Assembly (NCBI GenBank): GCA_965229695.1
Contig: OZ245921.1
Coordinates: 274,772 to 338,771 of the forward strand
From: Paracoccaceae bacterium
GTDB lineage: Bacteria; Pseudomonadota; Alphaproteobacteria; Rhodobacterales; Rhodobacteraceae
Reading direction: 5' to 3'
DNA length: 64,000 nt
The position numbers and the translations under genes are program-made. Shown one piece after another: positions 29,578-39,118 of this stretch. Numbering within the stretch: position 1 is the stretch's first letter; each line of letters begins with the position of its first letter. The notes beneath the pieces are model-generated. The model was given only the letters and a program-made list of their open reading frames with translations, made no database searches and was not told the DNA's origin.

Positions 29578-31332
29578 ATGACACGCCAAATGACCGGCGC
29601 AAAAATGGTTGTCGAAGTTCTGAAGGATCAGGGCGTCGACACGGTATTCGGTTACCCGGGCGGGGCTGTCCTTCCGATTTATGATGAGGTGTTCCAGCAA
29701 AACGCCATTCGCCACATTCTGGTGCGCCATGAACAGGGCGCCGTGCACGCAGCCGAAGCCTATGCGCGCTCAACCGGCAAACCTGGCGTGGTTCTGGTGA
29801 CCTCGGGCCCAGGGGCCACCAATGCGGTGACCGGTCTGACCGATGCGTTGATGGATTCGATCCCGATCATCGTCCTGACGGGCCAGGTGCCGACCTTTAT
29901 GATTGGCTCGGATGCGTTTCAGGAGGCCGATACCGTCGGCATCACCCGGCCCTGCACCAAGATGAACTGGCTGGTGAAGGATACCGAAGACCTGGCCGAT
30001 GTCATGCACCAGGCCTTTCACATCGCCACCGCAGGCCGCCCGGGCCCGGTTTTGGTCGACATCCCCAAGGATGTGCAGTTTGCCACCGGCACCTATACCG
30101 AAAAGGCCAAAGCCAAGACCTCGCATTACCAGCCCAAGGTCAAAGGCAATATCGACATCATCACCGCCCTGGTCGAAGCAATGGAACAGGCCGAACGCCC
30201 GCTGTTTTACACCGGCGGCGGCGTGATCAATTCTGGCGACAAGGCCAGCGCGCTGTTGCGCGAGTTGGTCGAGGCCACCGGTTTCCCCATCACCTCGACC
30301 CTGATGGGCCTGGGCGCCTATCCGGCCTCGGGCGATAAATGGCTGGGCATGTTGGGCATGCACGGGCTCTATGAAGCCAACCTGGCCATGCATGGCTGCG
30401 ATCTGATGATCAATATCGGCGCGCGCTTCGATGACCGCATCACCGGTCGGATCGCCGATTTCAGCCCCGGCTCGCTGAAAGCCCATGTCGATATCGACCC
30501 GTCCTCGATCAACAAGGTGATCCATGCCGATTTCCCGATCATCGGCGATGTCGGCCATGTCTTGGAAGATCTGCTGCGGGTCTGGAAAGCGCGCGGTCGC
30601 AAAACCAACGCGCCTGCCGTCAAAGACTGGTGGGGTCAGATCGAAACTTGGCGCAAGGTAAACTGCCTGCGCTACACGAACTCGGAAACCACCATCAAAC
30701 CGCAATACGCCCTGCAACGGCTGGAGGCGCTGACCAAGGACAAAGACCGCTATATCACGACCGAGGTTGGTCAACATCAGATGTGGGCGGCGCAGTTCCT
30801 GGGCTTCGAAGACCCGAACCGCTGGATGACCTCGGGCGGTCTGGGCACGATGGGCTATGGCGTCCCGGCCTCCATCGGCGTTCAGGTGGCACATCCCGAC
30901 GCGCTTGTGATCAATGTGGCCGGCGAAGCCTCCTGGCTGATGAACATGCAGGAAATGGGGACCGCCGCGCAGTACCGCCTGCCGGTGAAGCAATTCATCC
31001 TCAACAATGAACGTCTGGGTATGGTGCGCCAGTGGCAGGAACTGCTGCATGGCGAACGCTACAGCCATTCCTGGTCCGAAGCGCTGCCCGATTTCGTGAA
31101 GCTGGCCGAAGCTTTTGGGGCCAAGGGCATCATCTGCTCCGATCCCAAGGATCTGGATGACGCGATCATGGAGATGCTGGATTATGACGGCCCGGTCATT
31201 TTCGATTGCCTGGTCGAAAAGCATGAAAACTGCTTCCCCATGATCCCATCGGGCAAGGCGCATAACGAAATGCTCTTGGGTGAGGCGGAAACCCAAGGCG
31301 TGATCGACGCCGACGGCGGCGTTTTGGTCTAA
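29578..31332 (+). CDS. ilvB: Acetolactate synthase (AHAS) large subunit
   Basis: 584 aa. GAKMVVEVLKDQGVDTVFGYPGGAVLPIYD, GPGATNAVTGL and the TPP-binding block GGLGTMGYGVPASIG. Confidence 0.95.
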   Translation: MTRQMTGAKMVVEVLKDQGVDTVFGYPGGAVLPIYDEVFQQNAIRHILVRHEQGAVHAAEAYARSTGKPGVVLVTSGPGATNAVTGLTDALMDSIPIIVLTGQVPTFMIGSDAFQEADTVGITRPCTKMNWLVKDTEDLADVMHQAFHIATAGRPGPVLVDIPKDVQFATGTYTEKAKAKTSHYQPKVKGNIDIITALVEAMEQAERPLFYTGGGVINSGDKASALLRELVEATGFPITSTLMGLGAYPASGDKWLGMLGMHGLYEANLAMHGCDLMINIGARFDDRITGRIADFSPGSLKAHVDIDPSSINKVIHADFPIIGDVGHVLEDLLRVWKARGRKTNAPAVKDWWGQIETWRKVNCLRYTNSETTIKPQYALQRLEALTKDKDRYITTEVGQHQMWAAQFLGFEDPNRWMTSGGLGTMGYGVPASIGVQVAHPDALVINVAGEASWLMNMQEMGTAAQYRLPVKQFILNNERLGMVRQWQELLHGERYSHSWSEALPDFVKLAEAFGAKGIICSDPKDLDDAIMEMLDYDGPVIFDCLVEKHENCFPMIPSGKAHNEMLLGEAETQGVIDADGGVLV

Positions 31333-31390
31333 TCTGGTTTGGGCGGGCCGCCGGATCGGCACCCGCCCCTGCCCCAAGGCCCACGGCCCG

Positions 31391-32707
31391 ATGCGTAAAC
31401 ACATCCCCTCCCTCAAAGCCGTCACCGCCCGCAAAGACCCATCGGGCGGGCGACTGACCCTTGGGCGGGCCCTATTCCGCAAGGGCGAGTTTGAGGCCGC
31501 GCATCGGCTTTACCGCAACCTCGCGGACGATCTGCCGGATCACTACGGCGTGCATCTCGCGCTATCGGCGTTGATGACCTATCACGGCCAACCGGTTGAG
31601 GCGCATGATCTGATGTCGGATTATTTCCGGCGCAATCCGCTTGGCGCGGCGCCCAAACCCGGCCTCCCTGCGCGACCCCTGGTTTTGATTCTGCGCGGCT
31701 TCGATCGCACCCATGCCGCCGTCGGCAAGCGCAGCGATGGTGGTTATAAGCCCAAGCTGCGCGGCGGGCATTACACCACCCAATTCCTGCTCGCCAAAGA
31801 CCGGATCGCGCAGCAACGCGTGACCATCACCGAAAGCGGGCTGACCCCCGATGCGCTGCCGCCCCATGATCTGATCCTGAACACCATTGCCGAGCCCGAT
31901 ATCGAAGGCGCATCGCTCAGGGCCATGCACCGGTTTCTCGAAACCCGGCCCGAGATCAATATCATCAACCGCCCCGAACCAGTCTGGATGACCTCGCGCG
32001 ATCGAAACTGGAAACGCCTGCGCGACATGCGGGGCGTCACCTTTCCCGAAACCCATCGGATCATGCTGGATAAAGCGGGCCCAGATCAAATCGCGGCCGA
32101 GATCGAGGCGCTTGGCATGGCCGGCCCGCTGATCATCCGCAAAACCGGCACGCAAACCGGGCGCACAACGCAACTGGTCGAAAACCGCGCCGATCTGGAT
32201 GCCTATGCCGCCACGCCCAAAACCGGCGGCTTCTATGTCATCGCCTATCGGCAAATCCTCTGGCGCAACGAATACTTCCGCAAGCTGCGGCTGTTTTACA
32301 TAGATGGTGCCTATTACCCGGTGGTCTGCCATCTGGACAAAATCTGGAACGTGCATGGCGGCAACCGGAAAGAGGTGATGCGCACCGACCCGGAATTGAT
32401 GGCCGAAGAACAGCGGTTCCTGGGGGATTGGCAAAGCTATGTCGGGGCCGCGAATGTCGCCCGTTTGGAACAAATCGCCGAACGCACCCGTCTGGAGTTT
32501 TTCGGCATCGACTTCACCGTCGATGAACAGGGCGACATCTTTATCTACGAGCTAAACGCCGCCATGCGCCACAGCTTCGATCACGCCAAGAACTTTCCGT
32601 ATAAACTGCCCTTTGACCTCGCCACTTCCGAGGCTTTCGCCAATATGGTGGTCCGCCGCGCCAATCGCAGCAGTGGCGCGGATCAGCCGCCCAAAGCGCA
32701 TCCCTAA
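31391..32707 (+). CDS. TPR-like N-terminus plus ATP-grasp-like ligase domain protein
   Basis: 438 aa. Helical repeat GRALFRKGEFEAAHRLYRNLADD. C-terminal ATP-grasp-like blocks PLIIRKTGTQTGR, FYVIAYRQ, RLFYIDGAYYP and FFGIDFTVDEQGDIFIYELNAAM. Confidence 0.55.
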   Translation: MRKHIPSLKAVTARKDPSGGRLTLGRALFRKGEFEAAHRLYRNLADDLPDHYGVHLALSALMTYHGQPVEAHDLMSDYFRRNPLGAAPKPGLPARPLVLILRGFDRTHAAVGKRSDGGYKPKLRGGHYTTQFLLAKDRIAQQRVTITESGLTPDALPPHDLILNTIAEPDIEGASLRAMHRFLETRPEINIINRPEPVWMTSRDRNWKRLRDMRGVTFPETHRIMLDKAGPDQIAAEIEALGMAGPLIIRKTGTQTGRTTQLVENRADLDAYAATPKTGGFYVIAYRQILWRNEYFRKLRLFYIDGAYYPVVCHLDKIWNVHGGNRKEVMRTDPELMAEEQRFLGDWQSYVGAANVARLEQIAERTRLEFFGIDFTVDEQGDIFIYELNAAMRHSFDHAKNFPYKLPFDLATSEAFANMVVRRANRSSGADQPPKAHP

Positions 32708-32724
32708 CCCCAGCAGGTCCGGTT

Positions 32725-33975
32725 ATGCTGCCCCAAGCGCTCTCATCCCCCGATTACGATCCCTCGCCCGAGGCGGGGGATGATCGCCTGCGGGCATGGG
32801 CCACAGGGCCGGTGCAAGCTTTGGTGCTGTTGGGTATCGTCATCACCCTGGTGATCACCGGGCTTTGGATCTGGTTCATTCAGCGCGTCGCACAGGCGGC
32901 GGGCGACGCGGCCTTTATGGTGGATTTTGTTGTCTTCTGGTCGGCAGCGAAGCTGGCCATCGCAGGCACGCCGCTCGCGGCCTTTGACCCGGCTGAGATG
33001 GCCAAAATACATGGGCTGGGCTTCGAGGCTTGGCTGCCCTGGTCCTACCCGCCGGGATTTTTGCTGGCGGTGATGCCATTTGGGCTTTTGCCGTTTTTTA
33101 TAGCGCTGACCCTTTCCGCCCTGCTTTCGGTCCTGGCCCTGATGGCTGCCGCGCGCGGCTTGGCGCCCGGCTTGCCGATGATCTGGGTCGGGGTGGCACT
33201 GGCCCCAACCATGCTGGCCGCGCTCACGCTTGGGCAAACCCCCTTGCTTTGGGCCGCTGGGCTGATGGCCGCGCTTTGGGCCATGCGTGCAGAGCGCCCC
33301 TGGCTGGCGGGGCTCTTCATCGGTCTTCTGACCCTCAAGCCGCAGCTTGGTTTGCTGATCCCGGTGGCATTGTTGGCCAGCGGATCTTGGCGGACGATCC
33401 TGTCGGCCAGTTTCACGACCTTGGCTTTGGCCGGGATCGGCACGCTGGTATTCGGCGCGGCTTACTGGCCCGCCATGCTGCAAATGATGCAGACCCATTT
33501 TGGCACGGTGCGCGAGTTGGTCGGGACCAGCAGCCAAATGATCAGCCCCTATTCCGGCTTGGTCGCCCTGGGCTTGCCCGAGGCCATCGCCCTTTGGACC
33601 CAACCCGCCCTGACCCTGATCGCCGCCCTGATGGTGGGCTTTGCCTGGTACAACCCGCAGATCGGGTTCGACTTGCGCGCAGCGGCTTTGGTCGCAGCCA
33701 TTTTGATTTCGAGCCCCTATCTTTGGCACTACGAGGCTGCGCTGCTTGCCCCATTGGCCCTGTTCCTGATCCGCGCCGGCGTGTTGCGCTACACGTTGCC
33801 CGGTGGAGTGATCGCCCTGATCCTCTGGCTCGGCGTCGGGCCCGCGATGGTCGCGGGGCTTTACAGCAACATCACAGACGGGTCCGATCCTTCGACCCGC
33901 CTCTTGGTCTCGCCCATCATCGCCTTCGCGTTCTTGCTGACGCTGGCATCCGTCTGGTCTCGTGCCCGAGGTTAA
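32725..33975 (+). CDS. Polytopic membrane glycosyltransferase, DUF2029/GT87-like (GT-C fold)
   Basis: 416 aa with at least 10 predicted TM helices. An early acidic loop (MVDFVVFWSAAKLAIAG) resembles GT87/DUF2029 proteins. Confidence 0.55.
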   Translation: MLPQALSSPDYDPSPEAGDDRLRAWATGPVQALVLLGIVITLVITGLWIWFIQRVAQAAGDAAFMVDFVVFWSAAKLAIAGTPLAAFDPAEMAKIHGLGFEAWLPWSYPPGFLLAVMPFGLLPFFIALTLSALLSVLALMAAARGLAPGLPMIWVGVALAPTMLAALTLGQTPLLWAAGLMAALWAMRAERPWLAGLFIGLLTLKPQLGLLIPVALLASGSWRTILSASFTTLALAGIGTLVFGAAYWPAMLQMMQTHFGTVRELVGTSSQMISPYSGLVALGLPEAIALWTQPALTLIAALMVGFAWYNPQIGFDLRAAALVAAILISSPYLWHYEAALLAPLALFLIRAGVLRYTLPGGVIALILWLGVGPAMVAGLYSNITDGSDPSTRLLVSPIIAFAFLLTLASVWSRARG

Positions 33976-34121
33976 AGCGATGATCCTGTCTGACATTTTG
34001 AGACCGAACGCCCTAGAGATAATAGAATGGACGCTATTCAGCAGACGTGGATGCGATGACCCTCCACCAGAAATCATCTCCGCTTCTTCGATTTGGCGAT
34101 TAGAAAGGGCGAGCGCGTAAT

Positions 34122-35102
34122 ATGAGCCTTCCACCGTTCCGATCAAAGACGCTCAGCCGCTTGATCCCGGGTCACAGCGTGCGCGCGCCCAATGGCAAGC
34201 GTGTCACCTATCAAGGCGTTTGGGCGGGCTTCGATGCCGAGGTGCAGTGTTTTTTTTGGACCGATATCTTTGCCAAGCACATCGAGCAGGATCACATCCG
34301 CGTTTTGCTGCCCTTCGCCGAAAAGCAGTCGCGCAACCAACTTGCTTTGCATAAGGCGCTCGCAGGCAAATGGGACGTGTATCTGACCGGAGAAAATACA
34401 GGCCATCGCACCAGCCACGCCCGGGCCAGTATCGGGTTTCGGCCGCCAACCAAACCGAATGAGTTCCGTTTTCCTTATTGGATGTGGCATTTCGCCTGGC
34501 CGGGGTATGAGGTCAAACCCAGCCATCTAACCTTTGGCACACGCTATCCCATGGACCATCTGATGAAGTCGATGAATGAGGTCCACGGCCCGATTTCCCG
34601 CGACGCGTTCGAGGCCGCGCAGCCGAAGGCAGCACTCATGACCTCGCACCTGCGCGCCCCGCGCGATACGCAGTTCCGCCTGTGCAACGCAGCCATGGGT
34701 TGCGACGGGTTCGGGCGCGCCTTCACCCCCACGTCGATCCCGAAAATCGAACTATTATCGCCCTACCTGTTCAACCTCTGCCCCGAAAACGAGTTGGCCG
34801 AGGGCTATGTCACCGAAAAAATCCCCGAAGCCTTCCTGGCCAATTGCGTGCCCATCACTTGGTGCCGCCCGGACGACCTGGCGCTTGATTTCAACCCTAA
34901 GGCCGTCGTGAACCTTCACGGCTTGTCCGAGGCTGAAATCGCCGAAACGCTCAAAGACCTGGCCCAGAACTATGACCGTTTCAACGCGCTCCGCTCACAA
35001 CCGCTTCTCCTGCAGCCACCCGACCTGGCCCCGCTGCGGAATTTCCTCTCAACCGTCTTGAATGATGGCCCGGCAAGTGCCAATCAGCCAGGCGCCAGCT
35101 AA
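34122..35102 (+). CDS. GT10-like (alpha-1,3/4-fucosyltransferase motif) glycosyltransferase
   Basis: 326 aa. Contains FNLCPENELAEGYVTEKIPEAFLANCVPITW, which matches the GT10 signature FxxxFENSxxxxYxTEKxxxA...VP(I/V). Confidence 0.6.
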   Translation: MSLPPFRSKTLSRLIPGHSVRAPNGKRVTYQGVWAGFDAEVQCFFWTDIFAKHIEQDHIRVLLPFAEKQSRNQLALHKALAGKWDVYLTGENTGHRTSHARASIGFRPPTKPNEFRFPYWMWHFAWPGYEVKPSHLTFGTRYPMDHLMKSMNEVHGPISRDAFEAAQPKAALMTSHLRAPRDTQFRLCNAAMGCDGFGRAFTPTSIPKIELLSPYLFNLCPENELAEGYVTEKIPEAFLANCVPITWCRPDDLALDFNPKAVVNLHGLSEAEIAETLKDLAQNYDRFNALRSQPLLLQPPDLAPLRNFLSTVLNDGPASANQPGAS

Positions 35103-35115
35103 AGGAACCAGACCC

Positions 35116-35676
35116 ATGTCGCCGCTCAAAATCGAAAAAGGCTCCACCAGCCATTCCGCGTATGACCTTCGCAGCCATATGTCGGAAGTGATCGAAACCC
35201 ATACCTTGGCGATCCTGGTGCAGAACGAAGCGGGCGTACTGGCCCGTGTCATCGGGCTGTTTTCGGGCCGTGGCTATAACATCGACAGCCTCACCGTGGC
35301 CGAGGTCGACCATGAAGGCCACCGTTCGCGCATCACCATTGTCACCAGCGGCACGCCCCAGGTGATCAACCAAATCAAAATGCAGCTTGAGCGTATGGTG
35401 CCCGTGCATGAGGTCGCCGATCTGACCGTCGAAGGGCCCCATGTCAGCCGCGAACTGGCGCTGATCAAGGTCATGGGCAAAGGCGAATCCCGGGTCGAGG
35501 CGCTGCGCATCGCCGAGATTTTCCGCGCCAATGTGGTCGACTCGACCTTGGAAAGCTTTGTGTTCGAGATCACCGGCACCCCCGATAAGATCGACGCCTT
35601 CACCGATCTGATGCGCCCCTTGGGCGATGTGCGCCTGGCCCGCACCGGTGTGGCCGCCATCGCGCGCGGCGTCTAA
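35116..35676 (+). CDS. ilvN: Acetolactate synthase (AHAS) small regulatory subunit
   Basis: ACT-domain block HTLAILVQNEAGVLARVIGLFSGRGYNIDSLTV. ATG 35116 is preferred (RBS AAAGGAA upstream) and lies 14 nt after the upstream stop. Confidence 0.9.
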   Translation: MSPLKIEKGSTSHSAYDLRSHMSEVIETHTLAILVQNEAGVLARVIGLFSGRGYNIDSLTVAEVDHEGHRSRITIVTSGTPQVINQIKMQLERMVPVHEVADLTVEGPHVSRELALIKVMGKGESRVEALRIAEIFRANVVDSTLESFVFEITGTPDKIDAFTDLMRPLGDVRLARTGVAAIARGV

Positions 35677-35755
35677 GCCAGCGCGACGGCCCCTGAATCA
35701 AAAGGGGCGCAGGGCTGTCTGCCGAACCCCGCGCCCCACTGGACTGCGCCCTGCG

Positions 35756-36049
35756 TTAGCCTGCGGGGATTAAGCCTGCATCGACAGCGACAGCCAGTTC
35801 TTGTTCGTCCAAAACCCCATCACCATTGGCATCAAGGGCCATAAATTCGGCCTCGGTGACATCGGGCATCACCATCAGCATCTCGGTATAGGTGACCAAA
35901 CCGTCGCCATCCCCGTCCAACTCAGCCGCTTGCCCCATGGCATAGCCGGTGGCCACAGCGCCCAGGGCGATGGCCGCCAGGGTGACGGGCAAAAGCGTGC
36001 GGCGACGCGGGGCGGGGGTTTGGGTTAGGCTCAGATGTTCAATAGGCAT
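35756..36049 (-). CDS. Single-pass membrane protein with a pair of EF-hand Ca-binding loops
   Basis: 97 aa from MPIEHL (AAGGAGG RBS upstream). One TM helix, then DGDGDGLVTYTE and DANGDGVLDEQE loops. Confidence 0.7.
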   Translation of the reverse strand: MPIEHLSLTQTPAPRRRTLLPVTLAAIALGAVATGYAMGQAAELDGDGDGLVTYTEMLMVMPDVTEAEFMALDANGDGVLDEQELAVAVDAGLIPAG

Positions 36050-36333
36050 TGCTGTAACCTCCTTTAAGGTCTCCAGAGTTCGGCACGGGCTTTGGCCGCA
36101 CCTGAAAGAGAAGAGGCTGGGCGCCGCGTTTGCATCCTTGGCGCTGGTTCCATGGGCGACGCTTCGCCGGAACCGGCGCGGGCCACGCGCGGCAGATCGC
36201 CGACAATCGGCCACCCCGGCAAGCCTATGCCGATGATCCCGCGCTTTCGGCAGTTGCAGGCTCAAATCGGCCATCGACCGCAGCCTTCGATGGACCGCGC
36301 GCCCCGCGCCTGACCGGATGGGCCATCCCTTGC

Positions 36334-36882
36334 ATGCCGATCAGGTTGCCCATGCCCCTCCCCTCACCCTCCACACGCGCCTTCATCGCGCTCTTGCCCG
36401 ATCTGCGCCGCAGCGCGCGCCGGCTTAGCCGGTCAAACAACGATGCGGATGATTTGGTGCAGGAAACGCTGCTCAAGGTCTGGGCGCGGCTGGCCATGGC
36501 CAATCAGGGTGCCAGCGATGCGGCGCCTGTCACCGATCTGCGCGCCTATGCCTTTGCCACGCTGCGCAATGCCGCCAAACGCCCGCCCAGGCCCACGGCC
36601 GAGTTGGAGGAGGCGCAGCTCCCGAAGGTTTCCGCCGACGCGGCGCCTGCCACCGTGGCCGTCAGCGACGCAATGGCCGCGCTTAACCGGTTGCCGCGCG
36701 ATCAGGTGCAATTGCTGCGGCTGCGTGCGCTTGACGGGCTCAGCTATGCAGAAATTGCCAAAGAAACCGGCCTGCCCATGGGCACCGTCACCTCACGCCT
36801 GTCGCGCGGGCGCGCGGCCTTGCGCCTGGCCCTGGGCCTGCCGCGCGGTGCGCCGGTCAGCGACCTTTTCCGCGACGAATAG
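36334..36882 (+). CDS. ECF-type RNA polymerase sigma-70 factor
   Basis: Region 2 DADDLVQETLLKVW and region 4 LPRDQVQLLRLRALDGLSYAEIAKETGLPMGTVTSRLSRGRAAL. Start 36334 or 36352. Confidence 0.8.
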   Translation: MPIRLPMPLPSPSTRAFIALLPDLRRSARRLSRSNNDADDLVQETLLKVWARLAMANQGASDAAPVTDLRAYAFATLRNAAKRPPRPTAELEEAQLPKVSADAAPATVAVSDAMAALNRLPRDQVQLLRLRALDGLSYAEIAKETGLPMGTVTSRLSRGRAALRLALGLPRGAPVSDLFRDE

Positions 36883-36993
36883 GCCATCCGCACCTGGTTT
36901 ATTCCCGACATCGCGCATGTCGCCCATGCGCAAGACGGAAAGGCCCATGGAATCAGAGACTGTGCCCCAGCTTATGAACCCGTGGAGACCGCC

Positions 36994-38139
36994 ATGCCCG
37001 ACGATATCCGCCGCACCGCCCTTGATGCCGTTATGGCCCCGATTGATCAGGCCAACGGTCTGCCCAACGCCCATTACACGGACCCCGACACCATCGCCGC
37101 CGAAAACAAGGCCGTGTTGGAAAGCACCTGGGCCGCCATCGCCGTGGGCGAGGATGTGCCCGAAAAGGGGGATGCCAAGCCGATCCAATTTCTGGGCCAA
37201 CCGCTGTTGCTGATCCGCGATGACAAAGATCAGGTCCGCGTCTTCTACAATATCTGCCGCCATCGCGGCATGATCCTGGTGGCCGAGCCACGCAAGATCG
37301 AAGGCGCGATCCGCTGCCCCTATCATTCCTGGTGTTACGCCAAGGATGGCCGCCTGGTCGCCACGCCCCATGTCGGCGGCCCCGGCCAGAACAGCCATGA
37401 TGGTATCAACCGCGCGCTTTTGGGCCTGTTGGAAGTGCCCAGCCATATCTGGCGCGATGTGGTCTTTGTAAACCTGTCCGCCGACGCCGCCCCGTTTGAG
37501 GAGGTGCATGCCGATCTGCTAAAGCGCTGGGCCGAGTTCGAACAGCCTGTCCATCACGGCGGTGCGGATAGCCGGTTCGTGCTGGACGTTGCCACGAATT
37601 GGAAGCTGGCGGTCGAAAACTACTGTGAAAGCTATCACCTGCCTTGGGTGCATCCGGGCCTCAACAGCTATTCCCGGCTGGAAGACCACTATCATATCGA
37701 AGCGCCCGGTCGGTATTCCGGGCAAGGCACTTACGTCTATCGCCAGCTCAAGGATGAGGCGGGCGCCAGCTTCCCAGATTTTGAGGGGTTGTCGGACCAT
37801 TGGGATGCCGGGGCCGAATACATCGCGCTTTATCCCAATGTGCTGCTGGGCGTGCACCGCGACCATGCCTTTGCCATCGTCCTGGAACCGGTCGCCCATA
37901 ACCAGACCCGCGAACACGTGCATCTTTATTACCCCACGCCTGACACCGATGACGGGTTGCGCGCCCAAAACGCAGCCCTTTGGAAGGAGGTGTTCAAAGA
38001 AGACATCTTTGTTGTCGAAGGCATGCAGCAGGGGCGCGCGGCCTCGGGCTTTGATGGCGGTCGGTTTTCGCCCGCGATGGATGGGCCCACCCATTGCTTC
38101 CATGCCTGGGTCGCGGCCCGCGTGGCCGATCAGGGGTGA
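36994..38139 (+). CDS. Rieske [2Fe-2S] ring-hydroxylating oxygenase, alpha subunit
   Basis: Rieske motif CRHRG...CPYHSW. Catalytic domain with YHLPWVHP. ATG 36994 is preceded by GGAG. Confidence 0.85.
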   Translation: MPDDIRRTALDAVMAPIDQANGLPNAHYTDPDTIAAENKAVLESTWAAIAVGEDVPEKGDAKPIQFLGQPLLLIRDDKDQVRVFYNICRHRGMILVAEPRKIEGAIRCPYHSWCYAKDGRLVATPHVGGPGQNSHDGINRALLGLLEVPSHIWRDVVFVNLSADAAPFEEVHADLLKRWAEFEQPVHHGGADSRFVLDVATNWKLAVENYCESYHLPWVHPGLNSYSRLEDHYHIEAPGRYSGQGTYVYRQLKDEAGASFPDFEGLSDHWDAGAEYIALYPNVLLGVHRDHAFAIVLEPVAHNQTREHVHLYYPTPDTDDGLRAQNAALWKEVFKEDIFVVEGMQQGRAASGFDGGRFSPAMDGPTHCFHAWVAARVADQG

Positions 38140-38348
38140 GCCGATCTTTGGACGACGCGCTTCTGGCGGCCCATGCCGCCGGGGATCGCGACCGACTGAT
38201 CAGCCTTTATGCCGAAGCCGCCGATCTGCATCGGGGAGAGGCCGCCGCCTTTTACCTGACCCATGCCTATGTCTTTGCGCTGGAGGCGGGCGATGCGCGC
38301 GCCCCCGCGCTCAAAGCACGGTTGGTGGCGATCGGGGCGGATCGTTAA
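38136..38348 (+). CDS. Small hypothetical protein (70 aa), translationally coupled to the oxygenase gene
   Basis: In-frame GTG overlaps the oxygenase stop (GTGA). Helical sequence with no recognisable family. Confidence 0.4.
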   Translation: MSRSLDDALLAAHAAGDRDRLISLYAEAADLHRGEAAAFYLTHAYVFALEAGDARAPALKARLVAIGADR

Positions 38349-38923
38349 TCGACGACGCTGCGGCCCAGGATGATGCGCACATAATCCTGGGTTTCTTCAA
38401 ACGGCGGGATGCCATCATGTTCACGCACCGCCTCTGGCCCTGCATTGTAAGCTGCAAGCGCCAGCGGCCAGTTGCCGAAATTGCGATATTGCTGCGCCAG
38501 ATAGCGCGCGCCGCCCTGCAGGTTGGCCACCGGATCGGTCGGATCGACCCCCAACAGATCGGCGGTACCCGGCATCAATTGCGCCAGCCCAATGGCGCCC
38601 GCGCTGCTAACTGCCTCGGGGTTCCAATTGGATTCTTGGGTGACCAGGCGCAGGAACAAATCCTCCGGCACCTCATGCTGGCGCGCCGCGGCGCGTGCGA
38701 CCTCTAGCCAAGGGCCATTATAGGTGCCGCGATAGGTCGGCAGCACGGTCTCTTCTTCCGGCACGTAATCGGGGCGCAGGCGGGCGGAAAACTCGTATTG
38801 GCTGGCGGCGCGACTATCCAACACCCCCAAGGCGCGGTTGATCCGATCCATCGGGTCACTTTGCGCCGACACAGGCGCAGCGGTGGAAACGAAAAAAGCG
38901 CTGAGAATAAAAACGGCCCGCAT
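38345..38923 (-). CDS. Secreted lytic transglycosylase (SLT domain)
   Basis: 192 aa from [21 protein letters not shown] (signal peptide). SLT blocks [27 protein letters not shown] and AAYNAGP. Confidence 0.85.
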   Translation of the reverse strand: MRAVFILSAFFVSTAAPVSAQSDPMDRINRALGVLDSRAASQYEFSARLRPDYVPEEETVLPTYRGTYNGPWLEVARAAARQHEVPEDLFLRLVTQESNWNPEAVSSAGAIGLAQLMPGTADLLGVDPTDPVANLQGGARYLAQQYRNFGNWPLALAAYNAGPEAVREHDGIPPFEETQDYVRIILGRSVVD

Positions 38924-39118
38924 CGGCACATCCGAATGGTTCACTTGCGCGCAGAAGATAGGCATTTTGCCGTCCCTGTCCATTCCACCGCGTCTCAACA
39001 GGCTGCGAGGTGTTTGCGTTTCCTTAACCTTGATGGAATGGTCTGTGCCAAGCGGCCTGCGGCAGGGAATCGTGCCTGCCGGGGGTCTGGAGATAACAAG
39101 ACAGAGGGAGGGCGCGGG

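Noticed and set aside
32743-34146. 467-aa minus-strand ORF, and similar long ORFs at 57838-59241(+), 39132-40490(-), 40915-41886(-), 17184-18332(+), 16200-17072(+), 15147-15944(+), 29770-31482(-) and 27839-29041(+)
   Set aside because: All lie antisense or out of frame to genes with clear family signatures. Their translations are Arg/Gly/Pro/Ala-rich low-complexity sequence with no recognisable motifs. This is the typical stop-poor shadow ORF of high-GC DNA.
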